The position numbers were made by a program, and so were the translations under genes. From NCBI GenBank assembly GCA_043228905.1, contig JBHGNT010000012.1, positions 14,570,001 to 14,634,000 on the forward strand: 64,000 bases of DNA, read 5' to 3'. This DNA is from Azolla caroliniana. Taxonomy: Eukaryota > Plantae > Polypodiophyta. Below are positions 11,062 to 23,984 of the stretch, one piece after another (position 1 is the stretch's first letter; every line of letters starts with the position of its first letter). The notes under the pieces are model-generated. The model had not been told where the DNA came from. It worked only from the letters and a program-made list of their open reading frames with translations, and did not search any database.

Positions 11062-12398
11062 TTCGAAGTGCACTTAGACTTGAAGTCTTAACATGTTTTT
11101 ATAATTGTATGTATCAATACTATAATATTATCTTGGTCATATTTGAACTTGAAACCTTAAGAACAAAGTCATTAAACACTTGAGCTAACCAAATGGCTTG
11201 CTCATATTGAATGTTTAATGTTTATGCGTATAAGAGATATGCGAGGGCATGTACCCATATACATATGTTTTTTAAAAGAAAACATATGTGTCTAGAATCC
11301 TTATTTCCCCCTCGTTAATGGTACGTTACCCAACCCCAAGTCTTATCATTACAATGGCATACCATGATTTATGTGTGTATGTATATATGTATAAATTTGT
11401 ATTTATATATGCTTATTTATTTATGTTGTATATACAGGCACTTGTTGATTAATGTGCGTGTATGTATATATTTATATGTATATACGCTTATTGATTTACA
11501 TGTAATGCTTATATTTGTGCGTGTATATGCCTTTTTATTTATGTCTCTGTTTGTAAATATGCTCGATAATTTATGTGTAGGTAACCCTAATCCTAAATTG
11601 TACATAGTTATGCGTTGTTCATTGTGGTGAGAATAAGAAAGCGGGATGACGAATCCCCCTCTGCTAATATATAGAGAGTAGAGACATTCCTTTGTGTAAC
11701 CCAAGTAGGCCACTCATCGTTTGCAAATGGCTCAATATCAAACCAAAGATTGCTAAGTTTCTCCTTGAGAAAACACATTTAGTGTGGGCTTGAGTGGACC
11801 ACATATCTCTTGCGAATGAAGTTTACAGGCAGGAAACTTTTTCATTAGAATAAAAGTTGCTCTACTTTCTTGTTTCTTTGTGAGCTAACAAACTGTGCTC
11901 GACTTGAACCAAAAAACGACAAGACAAAACTGGGGATTTTACACTCAATTTTGATGGGGCAGCCCAAATCCGCACCTTTGAATTGCACAACATAATGCTC
12001 TTCAGGTTGATTCACGCCAACATCGAACTGCTACACAAGTAAAGTTTCATCCCTATGCATGTATTAAAGGGAAATAAACAACTTGGACTTAGTTCTTCCT
12101 ACATGGGGCAACCATCGTGAAGAGAATGCGACATGTTCCTACATTGTTGGCGAGGTTAGAAGCCTTTTAAGGGTTCGTTCCTTCCTTCATGGGCAGTCAC
12201 ATAATAGAATATACATTTGAGTTCTATCATGAAGGGGGGGGGGAGACTTCAGGTTTCCCAAAATACCCTTCCATTTCCAATAAAAGTTTCTAGTAAAATT
12301 GTTTAAAATTTTAAATACCCTTCCCATTCCTAGAAGAATCAGCAGCAGAAATGACCAAGTTCTTCTCTGTCAAAGGCCTTCTTCTGTTCGGAACAGGG

Positions 12399-12444
12399 TA
12401 ACCCTAACCCTAACCCTAACCCTAACCCTAACCCTAACCCTAAT

Positions 12445-12508
<64 letters not shown>
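12399..12508. repeat. Compound repeat: (TAACCC)7 telomere-like tract + (TC)n + (AC)n
   Basis: Read directly: 7 TAACCC units at 12399-12440, then CT and CA microsatellites. Confidence 0.95.
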
Positions 12509-12511
<3 letters not shown>

Positions 12512-13444
12512 CTCTTCAGAAAACGCTCTGCGCATTCCGCTCTCTTATGTTTGCCCCTGCATTCTCGTTCCTGGTCTGTTTTTTAGACGATTTGTTGGTC
12601 GCTGGCGTCAATTACATTCTTCTGTTTCTTTCTTTTTTGTGGAAAATCAGGATCCTTGTTCTGAGCGCGTCTTTCTACGATGTGCACAGATCTATCCAGT
12701 ACAATGAGAAGCCACCATCGCCAGAAGATATGGCAGCTCTGAGGGCTCGTATTAATGAAGCTAAAGAATCTTCCATGAAAGGGACCTTTGATGTTTTGGA
12801 CAGAAACAAGTAATTTCTTCTTCATCGCTCGTTCAGAAACGTGTATTTGATAGATAGTTTACAGTTTATTATTCCCTTATGATCATTGCCTTTCAGAATT
12901 TGAAGACTATACGCATTGCTGTAATCACGTGTATATATATATATCATATATCATATGAAGCTACTGATATATATCATATATATTTAATGGTACAGCTTGC
13001 AGTTTCTCCTTTTCTATTCCCTTTTTATCTTTCCCTTACAGGATTTGAAGAATGAAAACATTGTTATGCCGTGTATATAAAATTGTGTGTGTAGATATAT
13101 GGATATATTTGAAGTAATATTTCCTTCAGTCATCCAGAAATGTGTATTTGATTAGAAAATCCATCAGTATGTTTTTCTTTTGATGTCTTCCTTTTGAGGA
13201 TTTGAAGAATAAAATCATTGTAATGTGTTAGTATATATATGTTTTACATAAAGAAATAAAACTCGAGTTCTATTTTACCATCAGATGAGGTTTGATTTAA
13301 TTAATTAATGCTGATGGAGGACAAAGTAGTATATATGGATGTTAAGATCTATCTGGCTGTCTGTCTTTCTGTATACACCAAATTGGATGGTGTAAATGAT
13401 GTTGAATTTCTCAAAAAACCTGTTGTAATTGGGAAAATTACAAC

Positions 13445-13880
13445 AGCCATGTCAGAATCACAATAGCCATGAAGATTGAAGTTCCCTTTGCCGTAACAAT
13501 GGTTTTGACTGGAGCCCAATGATTTTGTCCTGGTTGACTCAGATACTGCGTATAACTCCTACTGCATATGCAATATCAAGTCGTGTTGATACCATTGCAT
13601 ACATTAGTGGCCCACAAGCTGAAGCATATCATATAGGCTACATCTTTTCTATTTCCTCTTTGTCTTTGGGACATTGTGCTTTTGAAAGCTTTACTTGTGG
13701 TTGAAGAGGCACTGAAGATGGATTTGGCATGAATCATCTGAAATCTGTACTTTTTTTGGGACACAAATAGTAATAACTGCTTTTATCTCTCCCAGCTGAT
13801 TCTTATCTCAACAATGTGCTTAGCTTTTCCGAGATCTTTCATGAAGAATGCAGATTTGAGTTTCCATTTTATTCCCTCAA
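13445..13880 (-). pseudogene. Decayed Copia (Tork-like) RT C-terminus/RNase H start
   Basis: Minus translation: FFMKDLGKAKHI, KLSKAQCPKDKEEIEKM, LMYAMVSTRLDIAYAVG, LHGYCDSDMA. Confidence 0.8.
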
Positions 13881-16171
13881 AGTTGTCTCATGCTTCCTTT
13901 GAGTGAAGCCATCTTGAGAAGCATGAAAGAGTTGAATTTCTTATACCATAGGCGTGGGGCTTGTCATACTAGAACTAATATTCTGGCCTAATTTACCTAA
14001 TTTATTTTCCCAATTTTACATTATGGCTTTCTGGCTGTTTCACACCTGCTAGACAACTAATGCTACGACATGCCCATGGGGTTGACTCTTGATGGAGGGG
14101 GGAGGAAAGGTAGCAGTGGGGATACACAGTCGGGGGTGAGCGTGGTGATGGCCAGGATGACTTCATTGTCTACGATGGCATGCAGTGTTGGTAGAGAATC
14201 GGTGATCTCAACATGAGCGGAAGGCCGTATGGCATCTTGTGCCTACTTGGACACAAGATAACATACGTAATTAATCATGTCTGCTGCCAACTAATGACAT
14301 GACGTAAAGGAACATGCAAGTGAATTCCAGAAGAGGCAAAAGTTGCAGAAGGCCAGGTGATAATGATAGGAAAAATGCATCGACTCCCTGAATGGCAATC
14401 GGCCTTGGTAGAAGAGCAACTGACGGCCACGGAATGCCAGATCATAGACGTGAACTGAAAGAATCAAGGAACAGACAAGCCACCTTAGGGAAAGCACCAG
14501 CTGCCAACAAGCCGTAGAGCAGCGTATGGAAGTAGAAAGAAAAGAAAGAAAGAAATATTAAAGTCTTTTAAGAGGCCAAAATGGCCTATAAGACCAAATA
14601 AGAGATTACATCTTAAGTGTTGTCTCGTCTTAGAGAAACACACACATTGAGACCCAATGGACAATGGAAGTTGATGAAATCTGGGAGGACATTGAGTGCA
14701 GGTTCTTCGCCCTTGCTGCTGCCACCTTTTCTGAAACCCCTGCACTCTGCATATTGGGGCTGATGTGCATTTAGCTTGAGAAGTCCCTATCACTCCCATC
14801 AAATGTCATGAGCAAAATATGAGCGCTGCAACCGGTGCACATTACATGACTATTCTACGTGACTCATCTCATACAGATTCCATCTCCCATGGACACTATG
14901 ATTTGTTGGAGACACATTACTAGTAATGAAAGTTTGCTCCAACATGTAATCAAATGATGGTATTTCATGTATGAAGCTTGTTTTTACCTTGCCCTTCTGC
15001 TTAAAATAGGTGCCTGTTGTGCTGGCATCATCTACGATACCTGATTAGGGAGAACCTTGTCTTTATCTTCTATTTGTGCGCCCCTACCATGTTGTGTTTC
15101 TAAGATTGAGATCTCATTAAACTTCTACATGAGGTCTTTGCCTTCATGAAAATGTCATTATAAATAAAGGGTCACAACGGGTCATTTAAATCAGAATGAC
15201 TCTGCTTCACTTGGATTAAACAACGAAGCCAAACTTGCCAATCCCTCTTTGGTTGTATTACACCTTGTCCATACCTCTTTTTCGTGCATAGTTCCTGGGC
15301 TGGCCATCTAGCATAGATCTTTTGGCTGTGTGCAGTAAAAGAACTACCCCCTCATTGTTACAATGCTAACGACTTTGCTCTGCCTAAGGGTCACATAGCA
15401 ATCTGAGCAAAACTGTTCTTGAAATAGCTCAATCGTGAGGATGAATGTAATACCAACAATGCTTTGATTGAAGCATATATTTAGAATAACTTGATACTCT
15501 AAACACAGTTTGGATGTTTATTAGTCTACATTTTTGAACCACATTCTTTAATTTTAGGAAATATTGTGCACAATTTCTATTTCATGTTTTGCTCGTTCAC
15601 AATTCTACTCTATCCTTATTAATATTAAAGAGATCAATAGCCAACAATACTAATGTCCTTTGAGTAAAGATTGAGATTTGATGGCAAAATTTGTAGTTGT
15701 AGAATTCCCCAAGGAAAATTGGTGTCCCAATCAAGGCAACAAGTGGGAAAAGTGTTTGCATGTTCATATTGCCTATTTGTGGATAAGATTCGCGTGTAGA
15801 AATGTGAACTATAATAAAATCATGGGGATGGCTAATTGGGTGATAATGTATGCCCACGTTCACAATCTTAGGTGTGTATGTTTAATGAACATAAATATCT
15901 ATCCCATGCTACAATTGCAATCTACAAGGTAATTCTTGTGGTAGCATTTAAGCGATAGAACCGTGCAACACAAGTTTTGTTTTTGGAACTTACCAATAAA
16001 ATAATAGGTATTATTGTTTGCTTATTGATAGGTTTTAATTGATTTAGTATTAATTAAGAAGAAAATTGGCATACAATATGCTAGGTATCTAACAAAGAGC
16101 AAGAGAATATGGTACTATGGTTGCTTATTGATAGGTTTTAATTGATTTAGTAGTAATTAAGAGATGAAAAT

Positions 16172-16960
16172 TGTTACGAGTATGAACTTATAATATCATG
16201 TGGTAAGTTGTACCGTAGTATTCTACACACGATGATAGCTTGTGAGGGTTAATCGAGAGTGTAAAGAAGGGAAGATTAACTTTAATCTTAGGGATTGAAA
16301 CAACCCATTAAGGCCAAGTGTGAACTTGCGTAGGGGCCTTAGGTCTGGCTATAAATATGAGGCCTCACTACCCTCATTTGATACATTATCGACTACATCG
16401 AGACATTGATGTTGTGGTGATCAACTCTTGTAGCGTGCACATACTAGGTACGACTCGATACCAAGTACTTGGTATGGGACGTTGATCGAGGTATACCTTA
16501 CAATTCTAAAACATTGTTTACGGGTAAGTGTGCTACGTTAGCCCCACGGTTTGTTGGACCTTTTATAGTCCGCAAATGCATTGGTTCAATAGCCTATCGC
16601 CTCGCTCTTCCTTATGGTGTTGAAATCCATCTAAATTTTCATGTAAGTCGTTTAAAAGAATTGCTTGGTTTTAGTGACAATATATAGTTACAACTAAAAC
16701 TTTGGTTACTTTTGAAGATTTAGCTTCTAAACCACATGTACCAAAGAGAATTCTCAATATTAAAACGAAACATTTGCATTGTAAAATAATCTGAGAATTT
16801 AAAATTAAATAGATGTATAAGACTATACAAGATGCGACATGGGAATGAGAAAATACTCTTAAAACTAACATCCCTAACTTTTCATTGCAAGAGTGCAATG
16901 TTTTAAATAGGGGGAGTATGTTATGAGCATGTCCATATAATATCCCGTGGTAAGGTATAT
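16172..16960 (+). mobile_element. Internally deleted chromovirus: partial LTR fused to integrase C-terminus/chromodomain, PPT and LTR start
   Basis: LAPRFVGPF...AYRLALP...FHVSRLK, then chromodomain-like EFKIK*..QDATWE, then PPT AGGGGGAG and TGTTATGAGC at 16919, matching the LTR start at 16172. Confidence 0.8.
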
Positions 16961-17640
16961 CGTAGTATTTTTCACACGACGATAACTTGTGAGGGTTAAT
17001 TGAGAGTGTAAAGAGGGTTAATCGAGAGTGTAAAGGTCCACAAAACTGTGGGGCTAACTTAGCGCACTTACTCGTAGACAATGTAATGTGCGAGCTAACC
17101 AAATGGTTTGCTTCGTTTGAATGTTTAATGTTCCCTAACTTTTCATTGCAAGAGTGTAATGTTTTAAATAGGGGGGGGGGAGTATATTATGAGCATGCCT
17201 ATATAATATTCCGTGGTAAGTCATATCGTAGTATCCTACACACGACGATAACTTGTGAGGGTTAATCGAGAGTGTAAAGGTCCACAAAATCGTGGGGCTA
17301 ACTTGGCGCACTTAGCCGTAGACAATGTAATGTGCAAGCTAACCAAATGGTTTGCTTCGTTTGAATGTTTAATGTTCCCTAACTTTTCATTGCAAGGGTG
17401 CAATGTTTTAAATAGGGGGGGAGTATGTTATGAGCATGCCCATATAATATTTTGTGGTAAATTATATCGTAGTATTCTACACACGACGATAACTTGTGAG
17501 GTTTAATCGTGAGTGTAAAGAGGGTTAATCGAGAGTGTAAAGGTTCACAAAATTGTGGGGCTAACTTAGCGCACTTACCTGTAGATAATGTAATGTGTGA
17601 GTTAACCAAATGGTTTGCTCTGTTTGAATGTTTAATGTTT
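16871..17640. repeat. Three-copy ~245-265 bp tandem repeat built from retroelement pieces
   Basis: Units start TCCCTAACTTTTCATTGCAAG at 16871, 17132 and 17376. Confidence 0.9.
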
Positions 17641-18269
17641 ATGCGTATGAGAGATATGCAAAGGCATTTGCCCATATATATTTTTCCCCTCGATAATTAG
17701 ACAACTATGTTGGTACTTTACCCATCAAATCTCATCATTGTAATGGCATACCATAAGGAGCAACCTAATGGTCAAGGTAACAGTAACCAACTTTTCATGG
17801 TAGGCCCATGCGGCCCATCACATGGTTACTTCATTATGAATGCGTTTCATAATGATTGATCTCTTGGTGGCATCGTAATCATGTAACGAGCGAGGGATGT
17901 TAGATGCGTGTGTCATAGGGCTGACCTCACATGAAGTTGATCAAGCCCTTACACTTACAACATCATTGTGGCTATGCTTGTTTCGTTGCTATACATCACG
18001 AAATCGAGGTGATCAACAAGGATAACAAAAAAATTTGTTGTAAAAGGATGGTGACTGTGCCATTCTCACAAAAATGTGAGGACAGCCACCAAGATCTTTC
18101 CTCGAAAGACAACCATCGATCAATTAACATAACGTAACAAATTTCTAATATACACACATATATGTTCGTGACATGTATACAATTAAGTACGTATACATGT
18201 ACTTACATATGTGTATATAATAGAATCATTAACCAAAACATAACCAACGAATGATGTAATCGAGATACG

Positions 18270-18530
18270 TAATTGAGGCATATAGATTCTACACACACGT
18301 AACATCCAAAAAAACAAGAGTGAACGTAATACGTAATTGAGGTATTGACCTCTTATGCATACGACATAACTCGCATATCCAATATATAACAATTGAGGTA
18401 TTGACCTCATACGCATAAGTAACATATGTAAGCGAACTTAAATACGCAATCAGGGTATTGACCTCTTATGTATATGACACAAATCGTATATCAAATATAT
18501 GGCACTTGAGGTATTGACCTCATATCCATA
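18270..18530. repeat. Degenerate ~55-60 bp tandem repeat
   Basis: Recurring GAGGTATTGACCTC core. Confidence 0.7.
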
Positions 18531-18534
18531 CATA

Positions 18535-19233
18535 TGTACGCTTTATACAACCAATTGATTACCACTACAACATATTTTAATGATTGAAATTAATACATAA
18601 TGACAAACATGATTAGAATGGGAGAAGAAAGAATATAAAAGAAAGAAAGAAATGAATACCGAAGTTCTTTTGGTGTTATGTTTTTGGATCAAGCTCAACT
18701 GCACATCGATTGATCACCATCCAACCAAAAAAACAATCAACAAAAGAAACATTAGGAATTATGCCTATGATACCAACAATTAGAGCTAGATCATAATGTA
18801 AGCACATGATAAGGATATAATAGATAGATAGAAAAGAAAGGGGAGAGAGAAAGAAGGGTGCCGATCCACTTGACCACCCCCGAGCAAAGGGATTGAGACG
18901 GACTTGAGCTTCGATCGGCGTCCCATACCATCGTCGTGGCGTCGAGTCGTACCTGGTACTAGCGTGCTCGCTACAAGAGTTGAATCACCACAAGGATAGA
19001 GTCTCGATGTAGTTGATAATGTGTCAAATGAGGGTAGTTAGGCCTCATATTTATAGTGAGAACTAAGGCCCCTACGCAAGTTCACACTTGGACTTAATGG
19101 GTTGTCTCAATCCCAAATATTAAAATTAATCATTCATTTCTTTACACTATCGTTTAACCCTCACACTTTATCCACGTGTATAGAATACTATGGTAATCTT
19201 ACCACGAGATATTATATGGTCATGCCCGTAACA
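18535..19233 (-). mobile_element. Solo/partial LTR of the 16172 chromovirus family, inverted
   Basis: Reverse complement of 19233 leftwards (TGTTACGGGCATGACCATATAATATC...) matches 16172-16490. Left boundary uncertain; no TSD seen. Confidence 0.7.
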
Positions 19234-19289
19234 TCATCTATCTAACCATCACCTAACCATCACTTAACCCGACCTTAGTTATCCGGTAG

Positions 19290-20080
19290 ACCTCCTTAGT
19301 GACATACATTTGAATTGTGCTAAGCGGGTATTAAGATATGTTAGTGGAACCTGATATCAGGCTATCTTCTACAAGGAAGGAGTGGCTATTTGTTTGGAAG
19401 GATACATTGATATCGATTGGGCCGGTAGTGTATCCAATTGACAGTTAGCATCCAACTTCGTCTTCTCACTCAGAAGCAAAGCAATCTCTTGGAGCAGCAA
19501 GAAGCAACAGATAGTTGCATTGTCAAGTACCGAACCCGAATATAGGGGCGTGGCCATAGCCACTTGCGAAGCAATTTGCCTAAAACGGTTACTAAAGAAC
19601 TTCAATGAATCGGTCCACAAATCGATACATATCTACTATGACAATCAAAGTAGTATATAACTCGCACGGAATGGACTTGTATTCCATGCCCAAACAAATC
19701 ATATCAAGGTGCACTATCACTATGTTTAGGAATGCATCATCGGGGAGACATCGATCTCCAACACATTGGCCTCCACCACCAAATGACTGATATCTTCGCC
19801 AAAGCGCTTGGAGCGGACAAGTGTCAACAATTTTTATTGGCACTCGACCTTGAGCCACTCAACATTTGTAGCTTGAGGGGGAGGGAAGCCGAAAGTCGAA
19901 AACTGAAAGTAGTGGAGGAAATCGTGGAATCCGAAAGACGAAAGTTGGACAAGAGAAAAAGAGCCAAAAACCGGTTAAAGGCCGTTTAGAGTCATAGCCA
20001 ACAACTACTAAAGCCAAAAGCTGACCGAAAATGGAAACTCGAACACCACACCTGAGCTTGAAGGGGCGTATTGAGATATA
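19290..20080 (+). pseudogene. Copia-B-related RNase H fragment with tail, two PPTs and decayed LTR start
   Basis: GYIDIDWAG, SWSSKKQQIVALSSTE, TDIFAKAL; CTTGAGGGGGAG at 19872 and CTTGAAGGGGCG at 20057. Confidence 0.8.
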
Positions 20081-20099
20081 AGTCTTTCCCACTAAAATT

Positions 20100-21086
20100 G
20101 TGAAACATGGGCAAAGCTATATGTTTTCTAGTTATGAAACCATTGATGTTCATAATCGATTACAAAATGGCATCAATCCAAGCACATTTGGTAATATCCT
20201 CCAACAACAAATCAACACTGTAAAATATAGATGGCCACTCATTTTCTATCGTATGTCCTACAACCACACAATTTGCACCATTATCCATACAAACTTGAAC
20301 TACATTTGATGGTCCAACTTCAAAAATAATATCTTTCAAAATTTTAAATATGTATTCACTTGACTTGACATGACCACTTGTATCTATTGATTTCAAAAAC
20401 ATTGTGCCATGTAATGAAGAAGCTAAAACTTTAATAATTGGTCTATTTCATGTGTTTGACCAACCATCACTAACAATAGTGCATCCATATATCTTCCAAC
20501 TCTCATTCAACAATATAAGATCATGCTCAACATTGCAACTTCTCCATTAAGATGTTTCTTATGCAATTAATAAGTAGAAGGTGCTCTAAATGAAGGATCT
20601 ATGTTTGCACCAACCATAAGCATATCATGGAAAAATGAACTTTTCACCTTCCCATGTGGAATATGTTTTGCATAAAAAAATCTTGCAATAGCCTCTTTGC
20701 ATTTTCCCTCAATGCCAATTCAAAAGAATTGGTAATGAACCACTTGCCTCTAATTTCTACTTTTTAGTAGGCATTTTATTCATTGAAATAGAAGTAGAAA
20801 TAGAGGACATCTATAGACACATCTAGATTAGCATTAACAACACTATTACATCTGAAATTGAGTGATCATTTCCATGAACCATTGAATTTTTGAATTGACT
20901 CTTCACAATATTACTTGCATTTTTCTACACCTTGTCCTCTTATTTGCAATAAATGGGCCCTGATTCAATGAGGGCCATCAACATCTAGATATGATTGCAG
21001 TATTTGCATTGCATCAAATGCATTCCTTTTGCATTATCTTTTTGAATTAGTACATGTTCCCAATGTAGGCCCATTTGTCTACTCAT
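20100..21086 (-). pseudogene. hAT-superfamily transposase relic (BED zinc finger + DUF659-type domain)
   Basis: MSRQMGLHWEHV...MQCKYC; GCTIVSDGWS; MFLKSIDTSGHVKSSEYIF...NVVQVCMDNGANC. Confidence 0.85.
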
Positions 21087-21649
21087 AATTTCCTAATTAG
21101 TGTAAATATCAAATTCTATTTTTTGTAATTTCTATGTATATAGTTCATAATTTCTTTACTACATAGTACATAGTACATACTATGCCCTAAAGCTCAAAAC
21201 CTATTATTAACCCTAAACATACCTGGATGGGAGAGGAGAGGAGCTTGGTTTCATGATGATGTGTAGAAATTGATGGTGGGAGAATATGTGCACTATGTAG
21301 AACGTTCAAGGCTGGATGAGAAAGGAGAGGAGCTTGGCATCGCACTACTGTGCAGAAATTGATGGGGCGAGAAGATGTGCACTATGCAGAACATCCACCC
21401 CTCTATAAGCAAGAAAAGAGTAAACAAGTATGTTTGCATAATATACACATTCGTTTGCAAACGAATGTTTGAGTAAACAAATGTGTATATTATGTACTGT
21501 GTATGTAACTAAATACGCACACACACACACATGCATATTCACATACATGGAATTTATATTATCTAATAATTTTTTTATGAAAGTAAACTTTGCCATTGTA
21601 TGGCCTCTTCAGTCATGTAACTTTGCCTTACTATGCACTATTCTATAAT

Positions 21650-22960
21650 CACAAGAACCCACCACAACAAAAGAAGCTTGTGGTTTTTGTGAGTGGAAAG
21701 CGACAATGGAAGTTGAACTTAATTCCATTGGGTGGAATCACACATGCAAGTTGATCCCTCGACCTCAACATAGGCAACTCTTTGGATTGAAATGGAATTT
21801 GAAGACCAAAGTACCATGTTTGTACTACTTTGGATAAGTGTAATGCATAGTTGCAAAAGGCCACTCCCAAGTGGAATGAGTAGACTATGAGGAAATCTTC
21901 ACTCCAATAGCAGGTATGTATCTTTATTCTATGTGCTCATGCACTTGTTTCTCACAAAAAATGACATATCTTTAAGTGGGTCTTCCTTAATGGCGACTTG
22001 AAAGAGGAAGTTTATGTAAAACAACCTCCACATCTCGACATTTTGGAGCAAAAAAACATGGTCTTAAAGCAAGTTCCCAAAGCTTGGTATGACAAAATTA
22101 AAGCATTCTTTATCTCTCTTGGGTTTCAACATTGTTATATCTTTCCCAAGATTCGTTGTTATGCTTGATCATATTATATGTTAATGACCTTCTAATTATA
22201 GGGTTTCTTGCTTCTAATTACTCAAACCCACATTTCAAATGACTGATTTCGGACCTCTACATTACTTCTTAGGTATGGAAGACAATCAATGACATTGTGG
22301 TACCTTCCTCGACCAACATAGGTATCTTAGGTAGTTTCTTTGGACTTGTGGCATATCACATTGTTGGCCATTCTCATGTTTCATGGATCGAAACTCAAAG
22401 TTATCTATGTGAAGATGATTCTCCCACATTTTACGATATCACAATATATAAAAGGTTGATCGGGTATCTTCTACAATCAAGTTATGATAGGCACGACCAA
22501 CTCCCATCATATGCAACAAATTTAATGTCCAGTTGTGAAAACCTTGAAATTCAAAGCCAAACCTTAATCTCATTTAAGTGGTTGGTTTGTTCTAAAGTGT
22601 AAGTATTCTCAGTCAATTCTGAAGTGCTCTAAGACAAAGTCATTTGGCAAGAAAGTATTGAAGTTCATAGGTATTTGGATAACATACTTAAATATGGTCT
22701 CTCTATTTGGCAAGAATTTCCAAATCAAGTTTTCACTGATAACTAAAGTGTTTGACATGCATTGGCACATAAATCAATATTTTATGGTAGAATATAATAT
22801 ATTGAAGTGCAATACCATTTCGTTCGTAAATTAATGGAATCAAAAGTCATCAACTTGGCCTATTCTCCTACTCAAGAAAAAGTGGTTGATTTGTTCATTA
22901 AGCCACTTCCAAGGTAAGCCCTTGATTAGCTCCTCGATCGATTCAATGTTGGATTGTCCT
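21650..22960 (+). pseudogene. Heavily decayed Copia RT/RNase H
   Basis: EPTTTKEA..WKATMEVELNS, EEVYVKQP, MTDFGPLHYFLG, IEVQYHFVR, DLFIKPL. Confidence 0.8.
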
Positions 22961-23319
22961 CTACATTTGATCTCTTCATATATTCTTCTCTCTCTAGAAT
23001 CTACAACTCTTTAAATGTCTTCTTTCTCTTCCACTTTTCTAAGATTATTCCCTCTCAATCCTCATTTATCGTACCCATTTGTTAGTAAAAGATTCACTTA
23101 ACTACCTAACAACCACTTCACTCGTGCTCCCCAAATTTGTATAAATATGCTATATATCAACCTTTTTTTTGAGAGCTTTATTTTTTTGTTGCTACCTACA
23201 AACAAGCTTTGCTCTTTGGATGTCTCTACTTTTTGTGACTATTTTGGTATTGTTGTCTAACAACCTTCTCACAACTTAGTTGTGTTTATTTTGTTTTCCA
23301 ATTGTTCCACTACTGCTAT

Positions 23320-23683
23320 TAACAATTTTTCTGATAAAACTATTGTGCAAAGTGATGTTGGTAAAAAAGACTCATCACACATTTGGCTCTATGCTTGTAA
23401 ATGGTATGTAGATTGGAAGGTAAAACCTGGATCATTCCCATGTAACCAAGGCATACATCCAACTAAAAACCCTCCACAACCATTGAAAGCCAACTAGTTT
23501 GCACGCGATCATCCATGATTGTGATGCATCAATACACATGTTAAAATCACACATTAATTATTCATGGACAAACCATAAGTACAGTTGGAAGAAGTGAGCC
23601 CGATAATACAATATGTTTAGTAGTGTGGTTATGGTCATAAATCCCCACCCACATACGACCATGAAGATTGCTATCCCCAAATT
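23320..23683 (-). mobile_element. L1 LINE endonuclease fragment, left half of the LINE split by the 27.5 kb chromovirus
   Basis: Minus reads CDFNMCIDAS and WLHGNDPGFTFQS, homologous to 59000-59420; continues the fragment at 51155. Confidence 0.8.
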
Positions 23684-23713
23684 TGTCACGGACGAGTAGG
23701 CGAGGCTAAATAC

Positions 23714-23754
<41 letters not shown>

Positions 23755-23984
23755 ATGGACAAGAGAACAAGAAAGAGTGATAGAAAATAGACAAGAGAAC
23801 AAGAACTGAATTTATGCTTCTATAACTAGTGTTGTTCACCTTGATTGTAATTAAGGTGCACCCAAGTATTTATACAAGAATGTGGAGGTATGCATGTAAG
23901 CTAGGAATATTCTTGAAAATGCATGAGGATGCATGCAAGCTAGGAAACTTCTTGAAAATGCATGGGGATGCATGCAAGGTACGA

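Noticed and set aside
14040-15960. Possible Gypsy/Copia/LINE relics (e.g. FRGRQLLFYQGRL, RHKMPYGL)
   Set aside because: Too decayed to assign family or boundaries by eye.
16871-17640. CRISPR-like repeat array
   Set aside because: Eukaryotic context; units are wholly repeated with no unique spacers and no cas genes.
18687-18699. GATCAAGCTCAAC shared with the Copia-B LTR start
   Set aside because: Short isolated match inside an unrelated LTR; probably chance.
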